Positions 45,232-56,700 of a stretch of DNA of 64,000 bases are shown piece by piece. Both the position numbers and the translations under genes were made by a program. The stretch is taken from the NCBI GenBank assembly GCA_963833985.1, contig CAWIAD010000002.1:192001-256000 (forward strand). The letters are read 5' to 3'. Position 1 is the first letter of the stretch; the number at the start of each line of letters is the position of its first letter. The notes beneath the pieces were generated by a model. The model ran no database searches and had not been told where the DNA came from. It saw only the letters and a program-made list of their open reading frames with translations. This DNA comes from an uncultured Planctomycetaceae bacterium (GTDB lineage: Bacteria; Planctomycetota; Planctomycetia; Isosphaerales; Isosphaeraceae).

Positions 45232-45651
45232 ATGAGGATATCTTCACGGAGATTTGGGCTACTGGGATGGGGGCTACTGCTTGCCGGCGCGTTGGTCGCG
45301 CCGGTGCCGCCTGGCCCGAAACCGGGTTTACCCGCTGCGCTGGCCCAGGCGCGGCGTGACGCGGCCGCCAAGCAGTTCGTGCTGACGTGGCAATACTACC
45401 AGCAATCCCGTGAGGGCTCGTTCAACGTGTACGTCTGGTCGCGCCTGCTCCTGGATGCCGAGCGAGGCCCGGGCACTCCGCCTGCCGAGCAGGTGGCCGC
45501 ATGTACCGCGCACCTGGAGCGCATGAAAGCGCTGGAAACTCTGATCGCCAGGATCCGCCGCATCGGCTTCGGCCGCTCCAGCGACGTGGGCGCCTCGGCG
45601 TATTACCGGATCGAGGCGGAATGCTGGCTGGCCGAGGCCAAGGCGTTGTGA
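45232..45651 (+). CDS. Exported helical hypothetical protein
   Basis: Signal-like N-terminus; VYVWS, HLERMK and YYRIEAE..L motifs; GGAG upstream. Confidence 0.7.
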   Translation: MRISSRRFGLLGWGLLLAGALVAPVPPGPKPGLPAALAQARRDAAAKQFVLTWQYYQQSREGSFNVYVWSRLLLDAERGPGTPPAEQVAACTAHLERMKALETLIARIRRIGFGRSSDVGASAYYRIEAECWLAEAKAL

Positions 45652-45784
45652 CCGTCGGGCGGGCCGGTTCGCCTTTCCCTCGTCCGGGAGCGGCAACGCG
45701 TTCATTCCCGCACGCCACGACCAGAGCCATCAAGACGACCGGCCAGTTCGGAACCGCCGGCGCCGCCCCGGTCACCAGCGGCAA

Positions 45785-46759
45785 TCATGATTCTGGCCGA
45801 TCATCCGTGGCCGGGCTGCCGGGTTCGGTCGCGGCCGGGGCGTTTGCCTCATCCCAGGCCTCACGCAGTGATTGTTCGAGAGGTTTCGTCGCGACGAACT
45901 CGAGGAGGCTTCTGGCCTTTTCGCCGCTGCCGATGATTCGATCTGGTCCTGAAAGACGCCCAAGTGCCGGTTCTATTTCCAGGCGGAGGGGAACCGGGGC
46001 GAATGAGAGCAGCAGCGCGACCACCGATCCGATCGAGTGGCCTCGCCCGGAGCAGAGGTTGAAGATCTCACCCCACCGATCTGCTCTGAGCATTCGCAGG
46101 TAACCGTCGACCACATCATCGATATCGATGAAATCTCTGACCGAGTCCAGGGCTCCCACCTTCACGGCGGGATCGCCACCAGACCGAAGGACTTGCCGTA
46201 TCCTCTCGATGACCGCGCCGGCGACAAGCGAACGCGGCATGCCCCGACCGACGACGTTGAACGGCCTGGCCACCACCACAGCCAGGCCAGACGCGTGCGC
46301 AGCCTCAAGGCCGGCACGGGTGGCGGCAAGCTTGCTCATCCCGTAGGGAGTGGTAGGCTGGCAGGGATGCTCCTCCGTGATCGGCAGTGAGTTCCTGTCG
46401 ACGAGGCCGTACTCCGCGGCGGAGCCTACCAGGAGCACACGTGCCCGGCTTGCCCAGGTCCGGACGGCGTTCAGGACATTCACCGTCCCTTCAAGATTGA
46501 CGCGGAACAGATTGACCGCCGTTCCGGTGGACGACCCGGCCAGATGGAACACCTCATCCGGTGTCGTGGCGCGGAGGAGATCGTGAACCTGCGCCGGTTC
46601 GCGCACATCGATCTGGTGATACTCATGAACAGCCGCGTCGTCCCCAGGATTGAGCATCCGGCCCGCACCGATGACGCGGACGTCCCCTCGCGCAAGCAGC
46701 CGCGCCACAAGGTGCCGCGCACAGAAGCCACCACAGCCGGTGACAAGGGCTGACCTCAT
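45785..46759 (-). CDS. NAD-dependent epimerase/reductase (GDP-4-keto-6-deoxy-mannose reductase-like SDR)
   Basis: TGCGGF, HLAG, GSAAEYG, YGMSK, RPFN, RDFID. Confidence 0.85.
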   Translation of the reverse strand: MRSALVTGCGGFCARHLVARLLARGDVRVIGAGRMLNPGDDAAVHEYHQIDVREPAQVHDLLRATTPDEVFHLAGSSTGTAVNLFRVNLEGTVNVLNAVRTWASRARVLLVGSAAEYGLVDRNSLPITEEHPCQPTTPYGMSKLAATRAGLEAAHASGLAVVVARPFNVVGRGMPRSLVAGAVIERIRQVLRSGGDPAVKVGALDSVRDFIDIDDVVDGYLRMLRADRWGEIFNLCSGRGHSIGSVVALLLSFAPVPLRLEIEPALGRLSGPDRIIGSGEKARSLLEFVATKPLEQSLREAWDEANAPAATEPGSPATDDRPES

Positions 46760-47475
46760 CGCCGGCCGCTACCTGGCAAGAAACGTGACGGGTCGCATTC
46801 AAAATCCGCGCACGCCTGCTCATAGTCATCGAATCGGCCGATATCCTGCCAGTAGCAGTCCGCCGGGAAGGTCTGCACGTCATGCCCCGCCGCCATCAGG
46901 GCCAGCATGAGATCGGGCATGTCAAACCTGCGGCCGGCCGGAATGACCTCGAGACAGCGCCTCGAGAGGACGTTGATCCCCATGCTGATCTGGTAGGAGA
47001 TTTCTGGTTTCTCCTGGTAATCGATGAGCCGGCCATCCGGCGCCGTGACGATCACCCCGAAGTCGATCTTCAGCTGGCGCCGATGCACGGCGATGGTCGC
47101 CGAGGCACGGCTCTCAAGATGAGCGCTGATGAGGCGGTTGTATTGCAGCGTGGTCAGCAGGTCGCCGTTCATGACGAGAAACGGATCTTCCAGGCCCGGA
47201 ATCAGCCGCAGTGGCCCGGCCGTGCCGAGCGGCTCTTCCTCGAAGAAATACGCGATCTCCACCCCGAACCGCGAGCCATCTCCGACCGTGGCGGAGAACA
47301 GGTGAGCCAGATGCCCGAGCGTGATGGCGATCCGCTTGATTCCTGATTCGGCCAGTTGCCGGATCACCACCTCCACGATGGGCAGATCGCCGAGGGGCAG
47401 GAGGGGCTTGGGAATCCGCGTCGTGAATGGCCGGAGCCGTGTCCCCTTCCCACCCGCCAGGAGCACTGCCTGCAT
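46756..47475 (-). CDS. Sugar-phosphate nucleotidyltransferase
   Basis: LAGGKGTRLRPFT..IPKPL, EPLGTAG, MNGDLL, WQDIG. Confidence 0.92.
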   Translation of the reverse strand: MQAVLLAGGKGTRLRPFTTRIPKPLLPLGDLPIVEVVIRQLAESGIKRIAITLGHLAHLFSATVGDGSRFGVEIAYFFEEEPLGTAGPLRLIPGLEDPFLVMNGDLLTTLQYNRLISAHLESRASATIAVHRRQLKIDFGVIVTAPDGRLIDYQEKPEISYQISMGINVLSRRCLEVIPAGRRFDMPDLMLALMAAGHDVQTFPADCYWQDIGRFDDYEQACADFECDPSRFLPGSGRR

Positions 47476-47744
47476 CGCCCGCTCCTGTTGCATCGCCTGG
47501 ACCGTCCGGGACGGCGTTGTGAACCGAGCACGCCACGTCGACTCGCATCGCGATGGTTTCGATTCTTTGAGATGATTCCGACCCTTTAAGATGATAGGCT
47601 ATCCGAATGACCAGAAGAATTGAACAACCCTGACCATCGCTTTCCTCTATTTCTTGCAAAGTGCATGCAACCTGCCGCCGATCACGAAGCCGGCGCGTGG
47701 CGGAACCCGGTAACAATGCGTCACTATGACTCGTTTATTAATGT

Positions 47745-50057
47745 ATGAACATTAATTCGAATAAGATGCAGGCAACCCATGCCGCCCGGGACCGCGGTGC
47801 TTCGCTTGCGGAGAACGGGGAGGACCTGTCCGATCGCCTGCTGATCGTCGCCCGGGAGTTCACGCGGGGGGGGGCGGCCCTGCTGGCCGTGCGCCACGCT
47901 CGGGCCCTCCGCGCGAGTCACCCGCTGGATCTCCTTGTCACCGGGCCCTGTGACGAGGACCTGCTCGAGGAGCTTCCGGCGGGAGTGTGCGTCTACCGGA
48001 TCGACTGCGGGCCGTTGCACCTGGAGTCCTACCCGGTTCGCATGCTGCATCGGTTCCGACGCGCGCATCGGCACATGCCACCGTTCCAGCGCCATTATCG
48101 GGCGGTTCTCGCCACCTCCATCTTTCCGGATCTGACCGCGTGCGCCGCCTTCGCCGCGGTCCGGGCATCCCGGCGATTCCTCTTTCTTGTCGACGAAGGT
48201 TTGAAGAGCTATGCCGAGTTTGAACCGGCCGAGCGAAACTTCGTCAACGAGTGCATTGTCCGGGCCGACCGGGTGCTGCCCGTGTCGCGACGCCTTTGGG
48301 AACACATGGCGCAGGCGTGTCCCGCCCTCCGCGAACGGCCGTGGTCGGTGGTGCGGCCACCCATCGAGGCGAAGCGTATCCTCGCACAGGCGAAGGAGCC
48401 ACAGTCCGTCTTCGCACAAAACGGCGTCCCGGTCGTCCTCACGGTCGCTCGATTCGTGCCGGATAAACAAATTGTCATATGCTTGCGCGTACATCATCGG
48501 CTCAAGCAGGAAGGACTCCGGTTTCACTGGTACGTGATCGGCTCCGGGCCCGAGGAACCCGCGATCCGCTCCGAGTGCCAGGCTCTGGGGATGGAGCAGG
48601 AGTTTCATATTCTGCCATTTCAAAACAATATTTATTCCTGTCTTAATAATTGTGACGTCTTTGCCCTTTTTTCGTGCTCCGAGGGGTGCCCGACGGTCGT
48701 TGCCGAGGCACTTCTCCTGGGCCGACCCGTGGTGATGACGGACGTCAACGGCGCCGATGAATTGATCGAACACGGCAGGACCGGTCTCGTGGTCGCCAAC
48801 GATGCCGAGGCGATCGCGGGGGGGCTTGGCCGGATGCTGCGGGACGAGCCACTGCGTCGTCGCATCAGCGCGGCGCTCTCCGCGTCCGCGGCGGACCTGG
48901 ATCGGGTGCAAGCAGACAGGACCCTCGCCGACCTGATCACGGCAAACGATCCGGAAGGTCTCGCCCCGAGGGTGTCCATCCTGATCCCTACCTACCGACA
49001 GGAGCAGTACATCGACTCGGCCATCGCCAGCGCGCTGGCACAGGATTATCCGTCCCTCGAGGTCATCGTCGTCGATGATGCCTCGCCCGACCGAACGGGA
49101 GAGGCAGCACGGCTGTGGGATTTCGACCCGCGTTTCCGGTACGTGCGCAACGACCGGAACCGGGGGCGGGTGGCGAACTACCGCTACGCGCTGAACGAGC
49201 TGGCTCGTGGAGAATGGGTGCTCATGCTCGACGGGGATGATTTCCTCGCCGACCCCGGATTCATCCGCCGCGCGATCGAGGCCATCGATCGTCACCACGA
49301 CCGTCCGATCGTTTTCGCCCAGGCGGGACACCGCGTCCATTATCTCAACGGCAAGCTGCGCGATGCCGACATCCTCCCTCCGATCGGATGCGAGGAACGA
49401 GTGATGACGGGGGGAGACTACCTGCAATTTGTCTTCGAAACCACGTTCTTCACCCACCTTGGCACGCTCTACCATCGCGCCCGGGCAATCGACGCCAGGT
49501 TCTACACGGCCGAGATCTCCTCGTCCGATATGGATTCCTTGCTTCGTCTCGCACTCGAGGGCGAGGTCCTGGTGCTGAACACCATCGCCGGCTTCTGGGT
49601 GCAGCACGGCTCGAATGCGAGTTCAGGTCTCGCGCTCGGTGAGTTGCTGCCCAACGTACGCATCTTCCGTGAGATTGCCCGCCAGGCCGTCCGGAAGGGG
49701 CATCCTTCGTGGCAACAGCTCAGGGGACCGCTCACCCGGTACGAGTCACAAACCCTGGTTCACCTCTTCAGCACGACGATCGGGAAGACGTCCTGCGGGC
49801 TGTGGGACCTGGTCCGGTTTCTCAAGATCGCCGTGCGGATCAACCCACGCCTGTTCGCAGACAGGCTTTTCGTCTCCGGCTGCGTACGCTTTGCGCGGAA
49901 GCTGACCGGCCTGTCGGCCAGGCGGTTCCGCGCCGGACGTCTCGCCGCGGCTGGCTGGCAGCGTCTTCGCTTGCTTAAGAAGTACCGCGCCGGACGTCTT
50001 GCCGCAGCAGGCCTGCGGCATTTCCGAGCTGGCTATCGCCGGCTCTTCAGCCAGTGA
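47745..50057 (+). CDS. Bifunctional glycosyltransferase (GT4-like plus GT2)
   Basis: VARFVPDK, EGCPTVVAEA (EX7E); SILIPTY, VVDDASPD, LDGDD. Confidence 0.88.
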   Translation: MNINSNKMQATHAARDRGASLAENGEDLSDRLLIVAREFTRGGAALLAVRHARALRASHPLDLLVTGPCDEDLLEELPAGVCVYRIDCGPLHLESYPVRMLHRFRRAHRHMPPFQRHYRAVLATSIFPDLTACAAFAAVRASRRFLFLVDEGLKSYAEFEPAERNFVNECIVRADRVLPVSRRLWEHMAQACPALRERPWSVVRPPIEAKRILAQAKEPQSVFAQNGVPVVLTVARFVPDKQIVICLRVHHRLKQEGLRFHWYVIGSGPEEPAIRSECQALGMEQEFHILPFQNNIYSCLNNCDVFALFSCSEGCPTVVAEALLLGRPVVMTDVNGADELIEHGRTGLVVANDAEAIAGGLGRMLRDEPLRRRISAALSASAADLDRVQADRTLADLITANDPEGLAPRVSILIPTYRQEQYIDSAIASALAQDYPSLEVIVVDDASPDRTGEAARLWDFDPRFRYVRNDRNRGRVANYRYALNELARGEWVLMLDGDDFLADPGFIRRAIEAIDRHHDRPIVFAQAGHRVHYLNGKLRDADILPPIGCEERVMTGGDYLQFVFETTFFTHLGTLYHRARAIDARFYTAEISSSDMDSLLRLALEGEVLVLNTIAGFWVQHGSNASSGLALGELLPNVRIFREIARQAVRKGHPSWQQLRGPLTRYESQTLVHLFSTTIGKTSCGLWDLVRFLKIAVRINPRLFADRLFVSGCVRFARKLTGLSARRFRAGRLAAAGWQRLRLLKKYRAGRLAAAGLRHFRAGYRRLFSQ

Positions 50058-50085
50058 CCTGGGAAAGTCGTCACGGGAGACCCGG

Positions 50086-50697
50086 ATGCATCGAGCCGTC
50101 TATCTGGTCTTTGAGGAAGTCTGCTCGCAGGCGATGATCCGCGGCCCGGTACTCGAGGTCGGTGCCGTTCCTGGTCCGGATGGCTTGCTCACGATGCCCT
50201 GTCTTAGCCACTTGCCTGCACGCGTTGGCCTGAACCTGGACGGTGCGGCCGGCGGAGAATTTGCGGGCTACCGGATCGTCAACGGGAACGCGAACGAGAT
50301 GACTGATTTCCGGGATGGCGAGTTCTCTGCCGTGCTTTGCAACGCCACGCTCGAGCACGATCGATGCTTCTGGAAAACCCTCGCCGAGATCCACCGCGTG
50401 ACCGAACCCGGCGGCTTCATCATGATTGGAGTGCCGGGTTACGCGGGAATGGGCCCCGAGACGCTGGCGCCGCGGAATTCGCTGTTCGGGCGGTTCCTCA
50501 GGCTCATGGCACGCGGGGCGTACTCGGATATGCTCGGGGCCAGCACCGTCACGCTGGGTGTACACAACTTCCCAGGCGATTACTACCGGTTCAGCGAGCA
50601 GGCCGTACGCGAGGTCTTCCTGGCCGGACTCCGCGACGTCTCCGCCCGCCTGGTCCTGAACCCGCCCCGCATCATCGGCTGGGGAAGGAAGCCATGA
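50086..50697 (+). CDS. Class I SAM-dependent methyltransferase
   Basis: VLEVG, ATLEH, EIHRV..PGG, HNFPGDYYRF. Confidence 0.85.
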   Translation: MHRAVYLVFEEVCSQAMIRGPVLEVGAVPGPDGLLTMPCLSHLPARVGLNLDGAAGGEFAGYRIVNGNANEMTDFRDGEFSAVLCNATLEHDRCFWKTLAEIHRVTEPGGFIMIGVPGYAGMGPETLAPRNSLFGRFLRLMARGAYSDMLGASTVTLGVHNFPGDYYRFSEQAVREVFLAGLRDVSARLVLNPPRIIGWGRKP

Positions 50698-51907
50698 GCC
50701 GAGCCAAAGCCTCCTTGATCCTCCATGTCGGCCAGCACAAGACCGGGTCGAAGGCCCTCCAGTCCTTCCTCGCGCAGAACCGGCAGACGCTCCTCAAGGA
50801 AGGCATCCTGTATCCCGTCGAGGCCAACCCGGACCATGACATCCGGGCCTACGCGCAGAGCCAGTTCCACCTGTTTGCCCTGGTCCGGCGCGACGCGATC
50901 CGTGCCTGCCTGGGCCAGGTCCCAGCCGAGGAGTACTGGCGGACGGTCAGCCGCTTCTGCCGGCCGTTCGAGACGACCCGATCCTGCTTCGAGGCCATCG
51001 AGGCCGAGCGCAGTCGTCGCGGTCTGACTCACGTCGTCATCTCGGCGGAAGACCTGTTCGACTTGCAGACGGCCCACGAACTGGACTTCTCGCGGCTGCT
51101 CGTGCAAGCGGCCGCGCGCCATCTGGCCGGGCTCGCCGCGGAGTTCGCCTACGACCCGCGCGTGGTTGTTTACCTGCGTCGGCAGGACCATCTTCTCGGT
51201 GCGCACTATGTGCAGTTCATCAAGGGCAGCGCTGTCCACGATCTCGAGTTCGACGAGTTCTCAAGGGCGTTCGCTCCCCGGCTCGACCTGAGAGGTATCC
51301 TTGCGGAGTGGGCCTCCGCTTTCGGCGAGGACCGACTCGATGTGCGCCCTACGAGCGCGCATCGTTGCCGCGCGGGATCGTCCCTGATTTCTTCCAGCAC
51401 GTTCTAAACCGTCCCGTCCCGATCGTCTGCGTCGAACCGCCAGCCGACGCCGAATCGGTCAACCGGTCACTCGACCGTGACTTCGTCGAGTACATCCGAA
51501 TTCTGAACCGCCGCAACACGCTGCTGCTGCCCGTCTTCCCGCGTGACGTCGTGCTCGAAGCCGCGCTGCATGGCACCCCCTCGGCATCGGAAACGCGTCG
51601 GACCGGCATCGCAGAATGGCTCTCGCCGACCGCCCGGCGCGACCTGATCGCCGCGTTTTCCGACGGAAACAGCGCGATCGCTCGTGACTTCCTCCAGCGT
51701 GATGACGGCCGTCTGTTCACGGAGCCTCTGCCGGACGAGGACGAAGCCTGGTCGCCCTACCCCGGTTTCACACCCGAAAAGGCGACAGCCATCTCGCTGG
51801 AGATACACGAGCTCATGCTGGCTCGTCAGCCCCCGATCCGGCAGCCGGCGTGGGCTCATTCCAGGTTGCTCTTGCGCAATGTGATTCGCCGACTATCCGG
51901 GCGTTGA
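50694..51907 (+). CDS. Sulfotransferase-like P-loop protein of polysaccharide loci (frameshift near 51345)
   Basis: LHVGQHKTGSKALQ, ISAE, YLRRQD, SVNRSL; ATGA coupling to the methyltransferase. Confidence 0.72.
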
Positions 51908-52071
51908 CCCGCGGCTCATGCGTGTTTGATCCGTGGCTCAGGCCTTCCATTCGCGGGTCGCAATCTGGCAGAGCCGTCCGCGGGATTGGCCAGAGCTGCA
52001 CCCTGAGGGACACGGATGGGTGCCGGACCACGGCCGCCGGAAGAATGGCATCGGAAGCGACTCGTCTGGCG

Positions 52072-53297
52072 TCACTCCCGGTAAAGGGTGCGTGTCATGT
52101 CAAAGTTGGTGCGGATCGTGTCGGCCGGCGGCAAGGTTCCGGAGGAGTTGTAAATCACCAGGGGAACGGTCGCTTCGTGGAGTGATCCGTGGGTCCGGAA
52201 GGTGGGCGGCAGGTGCTCGACCTCGAGTTCGGGGGCGGTCTCGCCGAAGACGGTGTCACGGTCGCCCAGGACGACCAGTTCGCCGATACGCTCCGGCATG
52301 AGATGAAAGCGGCTTGCGGCCTCGGCCCGGGTGAGGACGGCCTCGACGCCTTCGAGTCCCTGGAGGATCTTCGTCGCGGCCTCGGCGTCCCGGGGCGAGC
52401 GTAGCCACACGTAGCCCGTGCCACCGAAAGTGCGGTGGTGCTTCACGTATTTATCGCGTTCGGCCGAGAGTGCGAACCTGAGCTCCAGGCCTCGATTTTT
52501 CAGGCCCTGGCCAGATCCCAGCAACGCGACTTGGCGTTCATTCCGTGGTCGCCCGTGATCAGGAACGCCGCGTCGGGCGCCGCGGCCACAGCCTCACCCA
52601 ACAGCGCGTCGAGGCGGGCCAGGTGGTCCTTCGATTCGGGGGCCGACGGAGGCCACGTGTGCATCGGGTAATCTGTCGTGTGCACATAGAGTAATTTCAT
52701 ATCGGCTCGGTGCTTGAGCAGATCGACGGCGACCGCCCAGAGCCATTGGTTGATCTCGCTGCTGTAGATGGGCGGTGGTGTTCCGTACTGCTGGATCTGT
52801 CCGGCGGAGGGTGCCTCGGCCGCGATGGCGAGATCAGTGCCCCTGGCAAGCAGGGCAACGGTCTTTTTCTTTGCTGTGAGCAGGGCGGACTTCACTCCCA
52901 GCTTCGCGGCGCGTTCAAAGACGGTGGAGCGAAGCAGGTAGCTGGAATTCTCCATGTATTCCGCCTGCCCCCTGGGCTCGTCGAAGAACGAATTACCGGT
53001 GATCCCATGCTCTTCGGGCCACGTGCCCGTGGCGATGGAGGCATTGTTGACGTTGGTGACCGCAGGCATGACGCCCGCCACGTTCTTCGAGAACCCCTTC
53101 GCCATCAGCCCCTTCAGGACCGGCATCGCGCTTTGCTCAACGTAGTCCGGCCCGAGGCCGTCCAGCATCACGATCACGACGCGTTGTTTCCCCTGGATGA
53201 GCGGCGGCTCCGCCCTCGTCTCGGCCAGGCCCACAAGTGGGATCAAGACGCAGGTGGTCAGGCAGATCATCGGCCCGTGTGATCGTCTGGGTGGCAT
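52072..53297 (-). CDS. Alkaline-phosphatase superfamily enzyme, phosphonoacetate hydrolase (PhnA)-like; frameshift near 52505
   Basis: MLDG, P.VTNVNN.SI.TG..P..HGITGN, TTDYPMH, TGDHGM, YVKHH, HGSLHE. Confidence 0.78.
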
Positions 53298-53700
53298 GGG
53301 TCTTCCCCGTCCGTGTTCCGGAACCTCGGTTCGCGATATCGCAATGATGCTGGGTTTCGGATTATGGCCTTGGATCTCCAGCCGCGGGGGGAAGATTTGA
53401 TGAACGCCAGGGAGCCCGGGAGGCCGCAAGGTCAGTCCGATGCAGATCGCCACATCAATGCTCCATTGCGCCTTGGCAGGCGGGCCCTAGCCGCAAGGCT
53501 CCTGTCAGCACGCAATCCACAAACTCGACGGTACCGCCGCGGGCGGGCCGGGTTCATGCGGCTGGGCACTGGACGGTGGACGGGGCAGCGTGGGAGAATT
53601 CTTTGCTACCGCGGCACGCCCGAACTCGAGCCGTCGTCTGCTCGGGCCCGTATCGAAAAGCCACCGCGCAGGTCCATTCATTGACGACCAGGAGCCGAGG

Positions 53701-56700
53701 ATGATCAGCTTCAGGATGCCACGCTTCGGAACCGTTTGTCGGCACTTCCTGGGTGTTTGTCTTTGCTTCAGTCTGGCTGGGGCCGGGGCGTCAAGGTCTG
53801 TGCGGGCGCAGGTGAGTCCGGCCGAATCGGCGCGCCGGCTCAAGCCGGCGGCCGGGCTGGAAGCCACGCTCTGGGCGTCCGAGCCGATGCTCCTGAACCC
53901 AACGAACCTGGATGTCGATTCCCGAGGGCGGATCTGGGTCACCGAGGGGCTGAATTACCGGCTCACGCGGGGGGGAACGCACGGTTTCACCGGGTCGATG
54001 ACTCGGACAAGATCAAGATCCTCGAAGACACCGACGGCGACGGCAAGGCCGACAAGGTGACCGTCTTCGCCGACAAGGTCTTCCCGGTGCCCATGGGCAT
54101 CGCCGTCGAGGAGCACTACGGCAAGAACGGTAAGTACACGGGCTGCCGTGTCTTCGTCGGCAATAGCCCCGACCTGCTCGTACTCGAGGACACCGACGGC
54201 GATGACCGGGCCGACAAGCGCTATCCGCTGCTCTCCGGCTTTGGCGGGATCGATTCCGACCATGGCGTGCATGGCATGGTCCTGGGCCTCGACGGCAAGC
54301 TGTACTTCACCCAGGGCGACGGCTGCTGCTCGGTGCAGCAGGACCATTCTGAGCGACAGCAGAATTTCGACGTCGTGGACCGGGGCGGCCGGCACGTCAA
54401 GAGCGACCAGCTTGCCAACACCCTGCGCACAACCGCGACGGCACCGAGTTCGAGGTCATCTGTGACCGCCAGCGGAACAACTACGAGACGAGCCTGAACT
54501 CGTTTGGCAACATCTTCACCAGCGACAACGACGACGACGGCAACCGCGGCTGCCGGGTGATCTGGGCGCTGGACGGCGGCCACTTCGGCTATCACACGCC
54601 GGGCTCGCCCCGGCACTGGGGTGAGGACGTTCCCGGCAATGTGCCCAAGCTGGTGGGCACCGGCAACGGCAGCCCGGCGGGAATCCTGGTCTACGAGGGG
54701 AACCTGCTGCCCCGAGAGTACTTCGGCAGCGTGCTCGAGGTCGACGCCGGCACCCGGCAGGTGAACTTCTTCCCGATCACGCGCACGGGTGCGAGCTTCC
54801 GCACCCAGTACCAGGTCTTCCTCGCCAGCGACGACCCCTGGTTCCGTCCCGTCGACGCCGTGGTGGCCCCCGATGGCTCAGTCTGCGTTGCCGACTGGTA
54901 CGATGCCGGCGTGGGCGGCCACGCCTTCAGCGACCAGACCACCGGGCGAATCTTCCGCGTCGCGCCCAGGGGTCAACACACGGCCAGGGTGACGGCGGAC
55001 TTCGGCTCGCTGGACGGACTGATCGCGGCACTGAAGTCCCCCACGGTCGCCACCCGGGACGCGGCGCGGCGGGGACTGATCGCTCGAGGGGCGGAGGCAG
55101 CCGGGCCTCTGCACCGGCTCTTCACCACGGCCGAGCCGATCTTCCGCGCCCGGGCGCTGTTCGTGCTGGCGGCCATCGAGGGAGACCAGGCGGTCATCCC
55201 CGCGCTGCGGGATGCCGACCCGAGGATCCGCGAGCAGGCCGTGCGCATGCTTGGCCGCGACTGCCGCGAGAACGGCCATGTCGACTACAGGAAGCCCGAA
55301 GCCCGGCGGCCCGCCCCGGCGCTCGCTCACCTGGCCGAGCTGCTGCCGCTGGCCAATGATCCCGACGCGGGCGTCCGCCGCGAGCTCATCCTGGCCCTGC
55401 GCAGCCTGCCCACCGGTGAGGCCGGCGAAGCCCTGCGCAAGCTGGCGGCGGCCTGGGACGGCCAGGATCGCTGGTATCTCGAAGCCCTTGGCCTGGCGCT
55501 CGAGCACCGTGAGAGCCGCTACCTCGCCGGCCTGCTGGACGGCTCGCTGTTTGGCGCGCTGGATCTGGATCGCTCCGGCCGCGACGGCAAAGTGGCGCTG
55601 CCGCCGTACTTCCCGGTCGACCGCAATGAAGCCTTCATCCCCGCGGGCAGCCCCGAGCCGGCGGCGACTCCGCTCTCCAGGAACCTGGGCCTGGCCTGGC
55701 GGATTCACACGGCCGACGTCCTGCCACTGCTCACGCGCGTGGTGCATCACCTGTCGGCGCCCGAGTTGCAGCAGGCGGCCGACGACATCCTCCGGCAGAT
55801 CAGGTCTCCGGAGTCGGCCCGGCTGCTGGCCGAGATGGTCGACCGGGCCAGGGATCCTGGCCGCAAGCGGGAGCTGCTGACGACCCTCGGGCGAAACCTT
55901 CAGCGCCAGCCGCGCGAGGTGCGGCGCGAGCAGCCCGTCGACCGCGTCGTGCGGTCGGCATTGATGGATCCGCAGACCCGGGCCCAGGCGATCGCGATTG
56001 TCGCGGCCGGCCGCGATGATGCACATGATGAGCACCTGAAAGCAATTGTCATGGATGAAAAGGTCCCGGTGGAGGAGCGTGTGGCGGCGACCGAGGCGAT
56101 GGGAGCCGGTCACGGGCCCGCAAGGCGGTTCCTGGAGCAGCTCATCACGGCGACCGAGGGGAAGCCAAACTCCACCCCCGTGGCGAACGCGGCCCTGCGG
56201 ACGATCGCCTCGACCCAGGACACGCGCACCCGTCTGACCGAGCTCATCACCGCTCGGAACTATCCGCTGGGTCTGAGGCGCGAGGCGGTGCGGGCGCTCT
56301 TCGAGAACCAGGACGGCGGCTCGCGAATCATCGCACTGGCGCACGACGGCAAGCTGCCGGAGGACCTCAAGACCGAGGCGGTCACACTGCTGCTGGCACA
56401 TCGAGACCGCGCTATTCGTGACCAGGCGGCCAGGGTGCTGCCGATGCCCAAGATCGCCGACGGCCGTGTGCTGCCGCCCATCGGCCAGCTCCTGCACCGG
56501 CGGGGCGACGCGGCGAAGGGGAAGGACGTCTTCTTCCGGATCGGCCAGACGGCCTGCGCGGCGTGCCACCGGGTGCAAGGGCAGGGGCAGTGGATCGGTC
56601 CCGACCTCTCCACGATCGGTACGAAGTACGGCAAGGACGAGCTCCTGAAATCGATCCTCAACCCCAGCGCCGCGATCGGTTATAACTTCCGCTCAATCGT

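Noticed and set aside
47661..47677. Sigma54 promoter (minus strand CGGCAGGTTGCATGCAC) for the nucleotidyltransferase operon
   Set aside because: Correct GG-N10-GC spacing but a weak consensus and no supporting context; such matches occur by chance in GC-rich DNA.
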